Shown: positions 28,234 to 36,965, counted from the stretch's first letter. The stretch is DNA of 64,000 nucleotides from Limoniibacter sp. (GCA_031422195.1 JANOPZ010000031.1:29025-93024), one strand, 5' to 3'. Numbers and translations are program-made. Notes: generated by a model from the letters alone, not told the origin.

Positions 28234-30048
28234 ATGGTGCAAATGCCGCTGGTGGCGATTTCAGGTTTGCGCGTAGAATTTGAAACGCGCGGCGGCACTG
28301 TTGCCGGTGTTGAAGATGTATCTTTTCACATCAACCCCGGCGAAACGGTTTGCGTGGTGGGCGAATCCGGCTCCGGCAAATCGGTCACCTCAATGTCTGT
28401 AATGCGGCTGATTGATTACAGCGGCGGCAAAATTGCCAAGGGTTCGATCTTATTCACCAGCAAGGATGGCGCGCAAACCAACCTTGTTGATGTTGATGCC
28501 AGTGCAATGCGCCACACACGCGGACGCGATATCGGCATGATTTTTCAAGAGCCGATGACCTCGCTCAACCCGGTTTTCAAAATTGGCGAACAATTGATCG
28601 AGGGCCTGCGTGAGCACGAAGGTCTGTCGCGAACAGATTGTGAAAAGCGCGCGATTGAATTGTTGCGCGAAGTGCGCATCCCCGAACCTGAGCGGCGCCT
28701 TGGCCAATATCCGCATGAGCTTTCCGGCGGCATGCGGCAACGTATCGTGATTGCGATGGCGATGGCCTGCAAGCCTAGACTTTTGATTGCCGATGAGCCG
28801 ACAACCGCATTGGATGTCACCATTCAGGCTGAGATTTTAGCGCTGATCAACCGGCTTAAACGCGAAACCGGTATGGCGGTGATGTTCATCACCCATGATA
28901 TGGCAGTTGTGGCGCAAATGGCCGACCGCGTTGTGGTGATGTATAAGGGCCGCAAGGTTGAAGAGGGCCCGGTCGAAGAGATTTTTGCCGCGCCAAAGCA
29001 TGATTATACCAAGGCGCTGCTGGCTGCCGTGCCGCGTTTGGGTGAGATGACAGGTAAGGCGTCGCCTGAGCGATTCAGGTTGATTGGTGACGTGGAAACC
29101 GGTGCCAATGCGCCGGTGCTCGCAGATGCCCGTGTGCTACTCGATGTTAAAAACCTTATGACGCGATTTCCCGTCAAGAAGGGTTTATTTCGCCGCACGG
29201 TTGCCAATGTGCATGCCGTTGAAGATGTATCTTTCAGCTTGAAATTTGGGCAAACCTTGTCGTTGGTTGGTGAGAGCGGTTGTGGTAAATCCACCTGCGG
29301 TCGCTCGATTTTAAGGTTGATTGAGCCCTTGTCCGGCAAAGTGTCGCTGGATGGTGTCGATGTGGCAAGCCTTAATGATAATGAATTGCGCTTAGCGCGG
29401 CGCGATATGCAGATGGTTTTTCAAGACCCGTTTGCCTCGCTCAATCCGCAAATGCGATTGATGGATCAAGTAGCTGAGCCGCTGCTGAACTTTGGCGTTG
29501 GCAATGCTCATGAGCGGCAAGACCGCGTGGCGCAACTGTTTGACCGGGTAGAGTTGCCGCGCTCATTTATGAAGCGGTTCCCGCATGAACTTTCCGGCGG
29601 CCAGCGCCAGCGTATCGCAATTGCACGGGCTTTAGCACTCAACCCGAAATTGATTATTGCCGATGAGGCCGTGTCGGCGTTGGATGTTTCCGTGCAGGCG
29701 CAAGTGCTTAACTTGTTTTTGGAATTGCAGGCCGAGCTTGGGGTCTCAATTTTATTCATCAGCCATGATATGGCGGTTGTAGAGCGCGTTTCGCACAATG
29801 TGGCGGTGATGTATTTGGGACGCATTGTTGAACTCGGCACTCGCGCTCAAGTGTTTGAAAACCCGTATCACGCCTATACGCAATCGCTGCTTAAGGCCAT
29901 TCCGGTTGCTGATCCGACAAAGCGCAAAAATGAGAGCGAATTGAACTTCAAGCCAATCCCGTCGCCGATTTTCCCTATTGGTTATGAGCCAAAGCCCTCG
30001 ATTTATGATGAAGTTGAGCCGGGGCATTTTGTGCTACAGCAGGTTTAA
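28234..30048 (+). CDS. fused double ATP-binding protein of a peptide-type ABC transporter (DppD-DppF-like)
   Basis: Two complete cassettes: Walker A GESGSGKS and GESGCGKS, signatures LSGGMRQR and LSGGQRQR, Walker B LLIADEPT and LIIADEAV. 604 aa. Confidence 0.9.
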   Translation: MVQMPLVAISGLRVEFETRGGTVAGVEDVSFHINPGETVCVVGESGSGKSVTSMSVMRLIDYSGGKIAKGSILFTSKDGAQTNLVDVDASAMRHTRGRDIGMIFQEPMTSLNPVFKIGEQLIEGLREHEGLSRTDCEKRAIELLREVRIPEPERRLGQYPHELSGGMRQRIVIAMAMACKPRLLIADEPTTALDVTIQAEILALINRLKRETGMAVMFITHDMAVVAQMADRVVVMYKGRKVEEGPVEEIFAAPKHDYTKALLAAVPRLGEMTGKASPERFRLIGDVETGANAPVLADARVLLDVKNLMTRFPVKKGLFRRTVANVHAVEDVSFSLKFGQTLSLVGESGCGKSTCGRSILRLIEPLSGKVSLDGVDVASLNDNELRLARRDMQMVFQDPFASLNPQMRLMDQVAEPLLNFGVGNAHERQDRVAQLFDRVELPRSFMKRFPHELSGGQRQRIAIARALALNPKLIIADEAVSALDVSVQAQVLNLFLELQAELGVSILFISHDMAVVERVSHNVAVMYLGRIVELGTRAQVFENPYHAYTQSLLKAIPVADPTKRKNESELNFKPIPSPIFPIGYEPKPSIYDEVEPGHFVLQQV

Positions 30049-30113
30049 GTTTTGCAATTGCAGCCCTATAATCAAGGTATTATTTTAGCGCTAAATGCGC
30101 AGGAGTTTTCAAA

Positions 30114-31283
30114 ATGCCCATCAAAAACCGCATTGCAGAAATGCACGATGAAGTCACCGCTTGGCGGCGCGATTTGCATGAGCATCCGGAACTGTTGTTT
30201 GACACGCACCGCACGTCAGCCGTGGTGGCAGACAAGCTCAAAGAATTTGGCTGCGATGAGGTTGCTACCGGCATCGGGCGCACCGGCGTTGTCGGGGTGA
30301 TTAAGGGCCGCGCGGACACAAAAGGCCGCGTTGTTGGCCTTCGCGCCGATATGGATGCGCTGCCGATTTTTGAGGCGACCGGTTTGCCATACGCGTCAAA
30401 AACCTCCGGCAAAATGCATGCTTGCGGCCATGACGGACACACTGCCATGTTGCTTGGTGCGGCCAAATATCTCAGCGAAACCCGCAATTTTGACGGCACC
30501 GTTGTTGTGATTTTCCAGCCCGCCGAAGAAGGCGGCGGCGGCGGGCGCGAAATGGTCAATGACGGCATGATGGAACGTTTCAACATTCAAGAAGTTTACG
30601 GCATGCACAATATGCCTGGTCTGCCGATAGGCCAGTTTGCTATTCGCTCTGGCGCGTTTTTTGCTTCAGCTGACCAGTTTGTCATTGATGTTCAAGGCCG
30701 GGGCGGGCACGCAGCAAAGCCCAATGAGGCAATAGATACAACCTTGATTGCCAGCCATATCGTTGTTGCGTTGCAAATGGTGGCGTCACGCATCATTGAT
30801 CCTGTCAAAGCCGTTGTGGTATCGGTGACTTCGTTTGTCACTGAAAGTCAGGCGCATAATGTGATCCCCGAGCACGTTAAGCTAAAAGGGACCGTGCGCA
30901 CGCTTGACGCCGATGTACGCGATCTGGCTGAAGCGCGCGTGATTTCAATTGCCGAAGCCACCGCTGCCGCGTTTGGTGCAAAGGCAAAAGTCACTTATTC
31001 GCGTGGCTATCCGGTGATGGTCAACGCGACACGCGAAACTGGTTTTGCAGCAGAAGCCGCCGCCAAAGTTTCCGGCCAGTTTGTTGATGTTAATTCGCCA
31101 TCCATCATGGGCGGCGAGGATTTTGCCTATATGCTCAACGCACGGCCCGGTGCCTATATTTTGATGGGCAATGGCGACACTGCGGGGCTGCATCACCCAG
31201 AATATAATTTTGATGATGATGCGATACCAATGGGTGCCAGCTGGTGGGCGGAAATGGCGGAAAGTAGAATGCCGGTTGGGTGA
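30114..31283 (+). CDS. M20D family amidohydrolase (hippurate hydrolase / N-acyl-amino-acid amidohydrolase-like)
   Basis: WRRDLHEHPEL..., MHACGHDGH and FQPAEEGGGG are signatures of the M20D aminoacylase family. 389 aa. Confidence 0.85.
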   Translation: MPIKNRIAEMHDEVTAWRRDLHEHPELLFDTHRTSAVVADKLKEFGCDEVATGIGRTGVVGVIKGRADTKGRVVGLRADMDALPIFEATGLPYASKTSGKMHACGHDGHTAMLLGAAKYLSETRNFDGTVVVIFQPAEEGGGGGREMVNDGMMERFNIQEVYGMHNMPGLPIGQFAIRSGAFFASADQFVIDVQGRGGHAAKPNEAIDTTLIASHIVVALQMVASRIIDPVKAVVVSVTSFVTESQAHNVIPEHVKLKGTVRTLDADVRDLAEARVISIAEATAAAFGAKAKVTYSRGYPVMVNATRETGFAAEAAAKVSGQFVDVNSPSIMGGEDFAYMLNARPGAYILMGNGDTAGLHHPEYNFDDDAIPMGASWWAEMAESRMPVG

Positions 31284-31310
31284 ATACGGCAGCCGCCGGT
31301 TTTGGGAATT

Positions 31311-31415
31311 AGTCACCCCCGCCTCTTTTTTTGTGAGGGGGCCAGACTTTCTTCTAAACTACCAAAATCCGAAACACGTCTGGGTCCCCGCAATAAATGC
31401 GAGGATGACTATGAT
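31311..31415. repeat. MITE-like composite of two inverted REP units (copies b1 and b2) at the left border of the photosynthesis gene cluster
   Basis: b1 (31311-31347) is AGTCACCCCCGC...GGGGGCCAGAC. It is followed by a ~30-nt spacer starting TTTCTT. b2 (31378-31415) is GTCTGGGTCCCCGCAATAAATGCGAGGATGACTATGAT, whose reverse complement matches 52873-52910 at 37 of 38 positions. Confidence 0.7.
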
Positions 31416-31696
31416 CTGATATTTCGCCGCCGCAGCCGCAGCCACAAGTCGGCAAGGTGAGCCACAAAACCAAACGATAGAAACACCAATATCCAAACCG
31501 GGTTTGCGTCACGCATCGCCGCGAGCAATGCGCAGAGCATGGCAATGCCGGAAACTGCGTTCGGGATCATCAAGGCCGGGCCAGATAATTTGCGTCCGAA
31601 CCATATGAATACAGTCAGTTCACCAACCAAAATAAAAATGGAAATCAGCGCGACCAAGCCGTCATTAGTGAAAAACGCAACGATTGAATTTAGCAT
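31409..31696 (-). CDS. hypothetical small membrane protein (95 aa, about 3 TM) co-transcribed downstream of bchP
   Basis: The ATG lies 6 nt after the bchP stop. Sequence is hydrophobic (LVALISIFILVGELTVFIWF, IAMLCALLAA, WILVFLSFGFVAHL). I recognise no family. The last Ser codon and the TAG stop lie inside repeat b2. Confidence 0.45.
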   Translation of the reverse strand: MLNSIVAFFTNDGLVALISIFILVGELTVFIWFGRKLSGPALMIPNAVSGIAMLCALLAAMRDANPVWILVFLSFGFVAHLADLWLRLRRRNIRS

Positions 31697-31702
31697 CTCG
31701 GG

Positions 31703-32923
31703 TCAAGCGTTTTTAGGACTGAAGCCCAAGAGCGTACGAACGTCTTTCACAAATACGCGCAGTTGCGCACGCCAATCGCGTTTGGAAATTTTCTTATTGA
31801 GATAGCTTTCCCACGTCAGGCGCTGCACATCGGGGTCATCGCATAGCTTCACAAATTGTTCACGGCTTTTGTCATTTCGATACCAAATGGCTTGGAGCAC
31901 ACCGAGAATGAAAAACACTTTGCCGTGGGTTTTCATGAATTTTTTGCGGGCATGTTTAAGCGCGCCCGCTTTTCCGGTCGCCAAAAATTCAGCTGTGGCT
32001 TCAGCGCAAAGCTCGCCCGCCAGCATGGCATAATAAATGCCTTCGCCAGATGAGGGTGCAACCACACCGGCGCTGTCACCGGCGAGCAAAACGGCTTTGC
32101 CATCATCCCAGCGGCGCAGCGGTTTAAGCGGTAATGGCGCGCCTTCTTTGCGGATGGTTTTAGCATTAGCTAAACCGGCGCGCTCACGGAGAATGCGGGT
32201 GGCCTCTTTCATATCAAAGTCTTTATGCGCGGTGCCAACACCGATTGAGGCTTGGCCTCCATGCGGGAAAACCCAGCCGTAAAAATCAGGTGAAATTTTT
32301 CCTTCATAAATCACGTCGCAGCGGGCAGGGTGGTAATTTTCGGTGTCACTGGTAAGCGGGGCCTCAACGACTTCATGGTAGGCGAGCACGTATTTCGGCG
32401 TTTTATTGGGGCCAAGGGCGGCTTTTCGCACAGGCGATTTTGCGCCGTCTGCCCCAATGATGGCGCGGGCTGTGTAAGTGACGGCTTCATGCTCAGCGGT
32501 TTTAGCTGCAAAATGCGCAACCACAGCGCCGTCGTCGCGGTAATCGAGCGATTTGAATGTGCCGGTGAATTTGGTGGCTCCCGCTGCATAGGCGCGTTCC
32601 CGCAAATAGGGGTCAAACGTATCGCGGTCGACCATGCCGACATAGCCGATGTCGCCAATGGCCATATCGATGAATTTGCCAGAAGGCGCAATCATACGGG
32701 CTGCGCCGATGCGGGCTTTGATCTGGCTCTCATGGATATTGAAATCGCGGATGGCTTTGGTGGGTATCGCGCCGCCACAGGGTTTTACGCGGCCCTCGCG
32801 ATCAACAAGCAAAACCTTTCTGCCGCGCAGTGCCAGCCATTCGGCGGCAATTGCTCCAGATGGTCCGCCGCCAACGACAATCACATCAAAATCCGTAGCG
32901 GCTTGATTTTTTTTGGCCATCAT
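31703..32923 (-). CDS. bchP: geranylgeranyl diphosphate / geranylgeranyl-bacteriochlorophyllide reductase
   Basis: FAD motif DVIVVGGGPSGA and KPCGGAIP. 406 aa. PGC context downstream of bchG-pucC. Confidence 0.9.
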   Translation of the reverse strand: MMAKKNQAATDFDVIVVGGGPSGAIAAEWLALRGRKVLLVDREGRVKPCGGAIPTKAIRDFNIHESQIKARIGAARMIAPSGKFIDMAIGDIGYVGMVDRDTFDPYLRERAYAAGATKFTGTFKSLDYRDDGAVVAHFAAKTAEHEAVTYTARAIIGADGAKSPVRKAALGPNKTPKYVLAYHEVVEAPLTSDTENYHPARCDVIYEGKISPDFYGWVFPHGGQASIGVGTAHKDFDMKEATRILRERAGLANAKTIRKEGAPLPLKPLRRWDDGKAVLLAGDSAGVVAPSSGEGIYYAMLAGELCAEATAEFLATGKAGALKHARKKFMKTHGKVFFILGVLQAIWYRNDKSREQFVKLCDDPDVQRLTWESYLNKKISKRDWRAQLRVFVKDVRTLLGFSPKNA

Positions 32924-34318
32924 TTACTCCGCCGGTTGCAGCGTTAAAGAGGATTGAAATTGTGGGTTTGGTGCATTTGCACCCGAATTTGTATCCGAAT
33001 TTGCACCCGGGTTTGTACCCGAGTTTGCACCCATGCTGATGCGAACGGCGATGATTGCACTGACGACGAACAGACACGCTTCGACGCCGAAAACGAGGGC
33101 ATAAGAAAACGGAACATTTCCGGTTATGGCCTGTGTCACACTAACGCCAACTGTGCCACTAAAGCCCCCAAGGCCAAAAGCGATGGCTTGCGCTGCACCC
33201 CAAACGCCCATCCTTATTCCTTCGGCGTCGCCGTTTTTGTTGCCTTGTCCAGCAAGTGTCATCATTGCACCAATAGCAGCGATGGAAAACATGCCATTGA
33301 AAAAACCGAGTGCCATGACGTTGGCCTTAAGCGGCCAAAAGGCTGTTGCGCTGGCAGAGGCAGCAATGCCTGTCAAAGCCAACGCTGAACCAAGGCAGCC
33401 AACGATTGTGAAGCCCTTAAGCAGTTTGGGATTACGCCCAAAAGGCATAGTGCCAATAAGACCGACCAGAACCATGCCAATCAAAATGCCGCCGTGCTGC
33501 GTGCCAGAAAGGCTGGTGGTTTGTCCGGGCGTAAAGCCAAACAGCAGGCCGGCGAAAGGCTCTAGGATCAAATCCTGTGTGGAATAGGCCAGCATTGAGA
33601 GAAAGATGAAAATTGTGAAAAGCCGTGCTTCATTGTCAGCCCAAGTCTCGCGCAGCCGGTTGGCAAAACTTGTCGAAGCTTGTTGATGCTTGATTTCTTG
33701 CGCAACTGCGATGTTGGTTTTTTCAAGCCGGAACAACGCTAAAGCCGTGAGAGAAATGGCAATTGCGCCAGTAATCGCCGTGATTATGATCAGTCGCTGA
33801 TGCGAATAGGGATCAAGCAATTTACCGGTTGTTGCCGCGGTGATCACGATACCGGCGATCATCATAATCCAGACAATTGTTGCGGCGGCAGGTCGTTTGG
33901 CTGCAGGTGTGCGATTTGCGAGCAAGGCTAGCAGCGAAGTGCCCGCCGCTCCGATGCCCATGCCAATTAGGATGTAAGTCGCGCAGGCTAGCCCAAAGCC
34001 AGTCCAGAAGTGAGTGCCGATGATCAGTGTGGTTGAAGCTGCGCCAGTGCCAGCAAAAGCCAGCAAAGCGGTGCCACCGACGATCCAGTGACTGCGTTTT
34101 GTTTTGCTGATATCGGAGCCATGGCCAAACAGTGGCCGTGAGAGTTGCACGGCATAATGCAGGCCAACAAGAAACCCTGGAACGATTGCTGCAAGCGATA
34201 ATTCCACCACCATCACGCGGTTGAGCGTTGAGGTTGTCAACACCACCATAGCGCCCAGACAGGCTTGCACCAGACCAAGGCGCATAATCGAAAGCCAGCC
34301 GAATTGTTGAGCGTTCAT
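32924..34318 (-). CDS. pucC: BCD/PucC family MFS protein (bch2/pucC-like) with a repetitive Gly-Ala-Asn-Ser tail
   Basis: 12-TM MFS resembling LhaA/PucC (LSIMRLGLVQ..., SRPLFGHGSD) in the canonical position between bchG and bchP. Its start overlaps the bchG stop by 4 nt. Confidence 0.8.
   Translation of the reverse strand: MNAQQFGWLSIMRLGLVQACLGAMVVLTTSTLNRVMVVELSLAAIVPGFLVGLHYAVQLSRPLFGHGSDISKTKRSHWIVGGTALLAFAGTGAASTTLIIGTHFWTGFGLACATYILIGMGIGAAGTSLLALLANRTPAAKRPAAATIVWIMMIAGIVITAATTGKLLDPYSHQRLIIITAITGAIAISLTALALFRLEKTNIAVAQEIKHQQASTSFANRLRETWADNEARLFTIFIFLSMLAYSTQDLILEPFAGLLFGFTPGQTTSLSGTQHGGILIGMVLVGLIGTMPFGRNPKLLKGFTIVGCLGSALALTGIAASASATAFWPLKANVMALGFFNGMFSIAAIGAMMTLAGQGNKNGDAEGIRMGVWGAAQAIAFGLGGFSGTVGVSVTQAITGNVPFSYALVFGVEACLFVVSAIIAVRISMGANSGTNPGANSDTNSGANAPNPQFQSSLTLQPAE
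32976..33032. repeat. 12-bp tandem repeat (about 4.7 units, TTTGyAyCCGrr) at the 3' end of the pucC-like gene
   Basis: tttgcacccgaa tttgtatccgaa tttgcacccggg tttgtacccgag tttgcaccc. It encodes GANSGTNPGANSDTNSGANAP on the minus strand. Confidence 0.8.
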
Positions 34319-35256
34319 CTGATCAACCCCGTGATTGAGGGTAAGGCCGTCGCTGTCACCATCATGCCGGTGACATAAAGCAAAACGCCAAAGGCGCTGA
34401 CACCAAGCGCGCGTTCAACAGGTTTGCGGCTGAACCAGTATAACAATGCCGCTTGCGCCAAAACCAAAATGCAAACCGCTAATGCATGGGCGGGTTTGCT
34501 CCAATTGACGAGCAGTGCAATAACGGCAGCCTGTGCGCTCAGCATTGAAAACGCTGTCCAATCTGCCGCGCCGCGCGCGCCCAGCTGTACAGGCAGACTT
34601 CCAACGCCCAACTCTGTGTCGCCTTTGATGGCTTTGAAATCATTGAGCGTGAGAATGCCGTGAGCGCCAAAACCATAGAGAAATGCCATGACGCAGGTTT
34701 GCCATGAGGGCAGAACACCTAAAGTTGCAGCAGCGGCGGTAAACCATGGCAGGCTCTCGTATGAAAAGCCCACGGCACCATTTCCAAACCAGCCGTTGAG
34801 TTTCAGCCGGAAGGGCGGTGCGCTATAGGCCCAAGCGGCGGCAAGGCCAACAAGCGTAGCCAAAAACACCCAAAGGCCAAGTGTGACTGCAAAAGCTGCC
34901 GAAATGAATGTGCCTGCGATCGCAACATAAAGCCCCCAGCGGCCGGGCATACGGCCCGACGGAATAACGCGGTTTGGCTCATTGATGGCATCCACATGGC
35001 GGTCGAACCAATCATTGACCGCTTGGCTGGTGCCGCAAACCATTGGGCCTGCAAGAACAACACCGCCAATGACATAAGCCAAACGATCTGTGTGGAGGCC
35101 GCCTGCAAATAGACCGGCTGAGACGGCACCGCAAAAATAAGCCCACATCGGCGGAAACCATGTGACAGGTTTGAGCAGCTCCAGCACAGCTTTCGCAGAC
35201 GGCGCGGCGCGGCCTTTCGGGGCGACTTTTAATTTGGTTGCAGGAGCGATCACCAT
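34315..35256 (-). CDS. bchG: bacteriochlorophyll synthase (UbiA prenyltransferase family)
   Basis: 313-aa polytopic UbiA-type protein with NDWFDRHVDAINEPNRVIPSG (the NDxxDxxxD prenyl-diphosphate motif). PGC context. Confidence 0.9.
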   Translation of the reverse strand: MVIAPATKLKVAPKGRAAPSAKAVLELLKPVTWFPPMWAYFCGAVSAGLFAGGLHTDRLAYVIGGVVLAGPMVCGTSQAVNDWFDRHVDAINEPNRVIPSGRMPGRWGLYVAIAGTFISAAFAVTLGLWVFLATLVGLAAAWAYSAPPFRLKLNGWFGNGAVGFSYESLPWFTAAAATLGVLPSWQTCVMAFLYGFGAHGILTLNDFKAIKGDTELGVGSLPVQLGARGAADWTAFSMLSAQAAVIALLVNWSKPAHALAVCILVLAQAALLYWFSRKPVERALGVSAFGVLLYVTGMMVTATALPSITGLIR

Positions 35257-35286
35257 CTCAGGATGCTAGACGTGTCGTTTGAGAGG

Positions 35287-35304
35287 TGTCAATTCGACTA
35301 GACG
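35287..35304. promoter_or_regulatory. degenerate PpsR-like box TGT-N12-ACG upstream of bchG
   Basis: TGTCAATTCGACTAGACG matches the TGT-N12-ACA consensus at 17 of 18 defined-spacing positions. It overlaps the palindrome TAGAC-N10-GTCTA (35299-35318). Confidence 0.3.
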
Positions 35305-35338
35305 ATTAGAAATGTCTAATAAAGATTAGGAAAGAGGA

Positions 35339-36760
35339 TCAGACCTCAAAATCCTCAAGGCCGTAACGCTTCAATTTCATATAAAGACTTTGGCGGCTGA
35401 GGCCGAGTAGATCAGACGCCGATGCGCGGTTGTTATTTGTTTGGCGCAGCGCTGCTTCGATGCACATTTTCTCAATCACGTCGGCGGCATCGCGTATCAA
35501 ATCTTTGAGGGGCACGCGGCCGACCATGGCTGCAAAATCAGTAGACGAGCCGACTTCGCCGGAATGCTGCAATTTGAAATGAGTATCAGTCTTGGCGTTC
35601 TCGGTAATTGAAACGACAATGCGTTGGGCGTTGTTACTGGCATAAACCGAAGCTGACAGAACCACAGGCACAGAGTTGCCCTGCGCATCATTGAGAACAG
35701 ACGAAAACCGGCGCACGCTGCCCAGTTTTTTAAGGCGCGCAATCAAAACAGACATATCGACCGATGAAGCCCCAAGCCAATCGGCAATGCCGCGCCCGAT
35801 TGCCTGAGTCTTGCCGGTGAGGCCTGCCAAGTCGGCAAAATGGTTATTCACTTCTACAATTGTGCCATCGTCTTCGAGAAGCACGCAGGCTTCGGGCAAA
35901 ATATCCATGGCCATGGCTTCTAAAGGCCTATCATGCGGCTTTTGATCGGTGCCCATTGCGCTGCCCAAAGACACAATCAAATTGACCACGCTGGTTTCGC
36001 GGAACGGCCTGATATTGACCCGCACAGAAGTGCCATTCCCCAGTTTGGCATTGAGGCTTGTCGCCTGTCCGGAAAAGCGGGCGCTGGTCATTAATTCGGT
36101 TACATTGGTTTTGTCTGCGCTATCAAAGAAGCTGCCAATGCTGGTGCCTTCCAGCTTGCGCTCTGCAATTCCTAAAACGGCAGCAGCTGCGGGGTTGGCG
36201 TCTGCAATCCGCAAATCTGCACCATTAATGACCAGAACAGGCCATTCAGCCAGTTTGAACTGCGCACGGTAGCGGGCTGCCTTTTCGGCCACATCGCGGT
36301 TGCGGCGTTCAAGATCAATCTGTGTATTAATAAGTTGCTGTTGCATTTCAACTTGGCGGCGCAGTTCTGTGCCAAGCGCAATCGTACCCGCCAAGCCTTC
36401 GGCATGAACCAAAATATACTCAACCGGTAAATCGTCCATACCGGCAAAGCGGTGATTGACTTGACGACGGCGGGTCAACGGCTGTTCTTTGGTTTCGGCC
36501 AAAAGCTCGATAATCTTTTGTTTGCTTTCGGGCGTGACTGTTTCCGTAAAATTCTTGCCAAGCCAAGTGTCTGCACCAAACGCCATCATTTCAGGGCTGC
36601 GGTAAGCAATATCAAGAATGCGGCCATCTTCGCCAAGAACCATGGCAATTGAGCTGCCAGCAGATACCAACTGGCCAATTGCTGAAGCTGAGAGACGCCC
36701 GAAAACATCTTGTGCGCTGCTGAATGAACGATAGCTTTCGCGTGTCACATTAATATCCAT
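35339..36760 (-). CDS. ppsR: PpsR/CrtJ transcriptional repressor of photosynthesis genes
   Basis: About 473 aa with PAS-rich architecture. The C-terminal Fis-type HTH (MCIEAALRQTNNNRASASDLLGLSRQSLYMKLKRYGL) includes the conserved Cys preceding the HTH. ATG 36760 is preferred over TTG 36769. Confidence 0.9.
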   Translation of the reverse strand: MDINVTRESYRSFSSAQDVFGRLSASAIGQLVSAGSSIAMVLGEDGRILDIAYRSPEMMAFGADTWLGKNFTETVTPESKQKIIELLAETKEQPLTRRRQVNHRFAGMDDLPVEYILVHAEGLAGTIALGTELRRQVEMQQQLINTQIDLERRNRDVAEKAARYRAQFKLAEWPVLVINGADLRIADANPAAAAVLGIAERKLEGTSIGSFFDSADKTNVTELMTSARFSGQATSLNAKLGNGTSVRVNIRPFRETSVVNLIVSLGSAMGTDQKPHDRPLEAMAMDILPEACVLLEDDGTIVEVNNHFADLAGLTGKTQAIGRGIADWLGASSVDMSVLIARLKKLGSVRRFSSVLNDAQGNSVPVVLSASVYASNNAQRIVVSITENAKTDTHFKLQHSGEVGSSTDFAAMVGRVPLKDLIRDAADVIEKMCIEAALRQTNNNRASASDLLGLSRQSLYMKLKRYGLEDFEV

Positions 36761-36931
36761 ACCGACCAAAGGCCAAAGTTACAGAGTTATGCCGTCATGT
36801 TTGCCCGAAAACGCAGGAAAAAATGGCTAGCGTTGAGTTTTAGCCGACATGTTTATTCCCAATTAAAAAGCTGCCCGGCACAATTTGCAGCTTCAAAAAG
36901 CGACACGATTTTTGCTGTCATCTACGACTAC

Positions 36932-36965
36932 TGTAAAGCCTATTACACGTCAAAAGAAATTGACA
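36932..36965. promoter_or_regulatory. two abutting degenerate PpsR-like boxes in the ppsR-bchF divergent region
   Basis: TGTAAAGCCTATTACACG (TGT-N12-ACG) overlaps CGTCAAAAGAAATTGACA (CGT-N12-ACA) by 2 nt. Each also reads as a 5-N6-5 palindrome (TGTAA/TTACA and GTCAA/TTGAC). They lie 58-91 bp upstream of the bchF start. Confidence 0.4.

Noticed and set aside
30080-30586. 168-aa minus-strand ORF opposite the M20D amidohydrolase
   Set aside because: Shadow ORF. The plus-strand gene carries the M20D signatures.
31171-31419. 82-aa plus-strand ORF reading through the repeat (…VPAINARMTMI), and the similar 52772-52999 ORF (…PPNKCGND)
   Set aside because: These are read-through of palindromic repeat units and the ends of neighbouring genes. 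Such repeat-encoded peptide tails are a classic annotation artefact.
32330-32947. 205-aa plus-strand ORF
   Set aside because: It lies entirely antisense to bchP, which has clear FAD-reductase motifs. It is a typical GC-rich shadow ORF with no recognisable motifs or RBS.
35299-35318. TAGAC-N10-GTCTA palindrome between ppsR and bchG, considered as a ppsR terminator
   Set aside because: The stem is AT-rich and 5 bp long with a 10-nt loop and no U-tract, so it is not convincing as a terminator. It is kept only as a note under the degenerate PpsR box.
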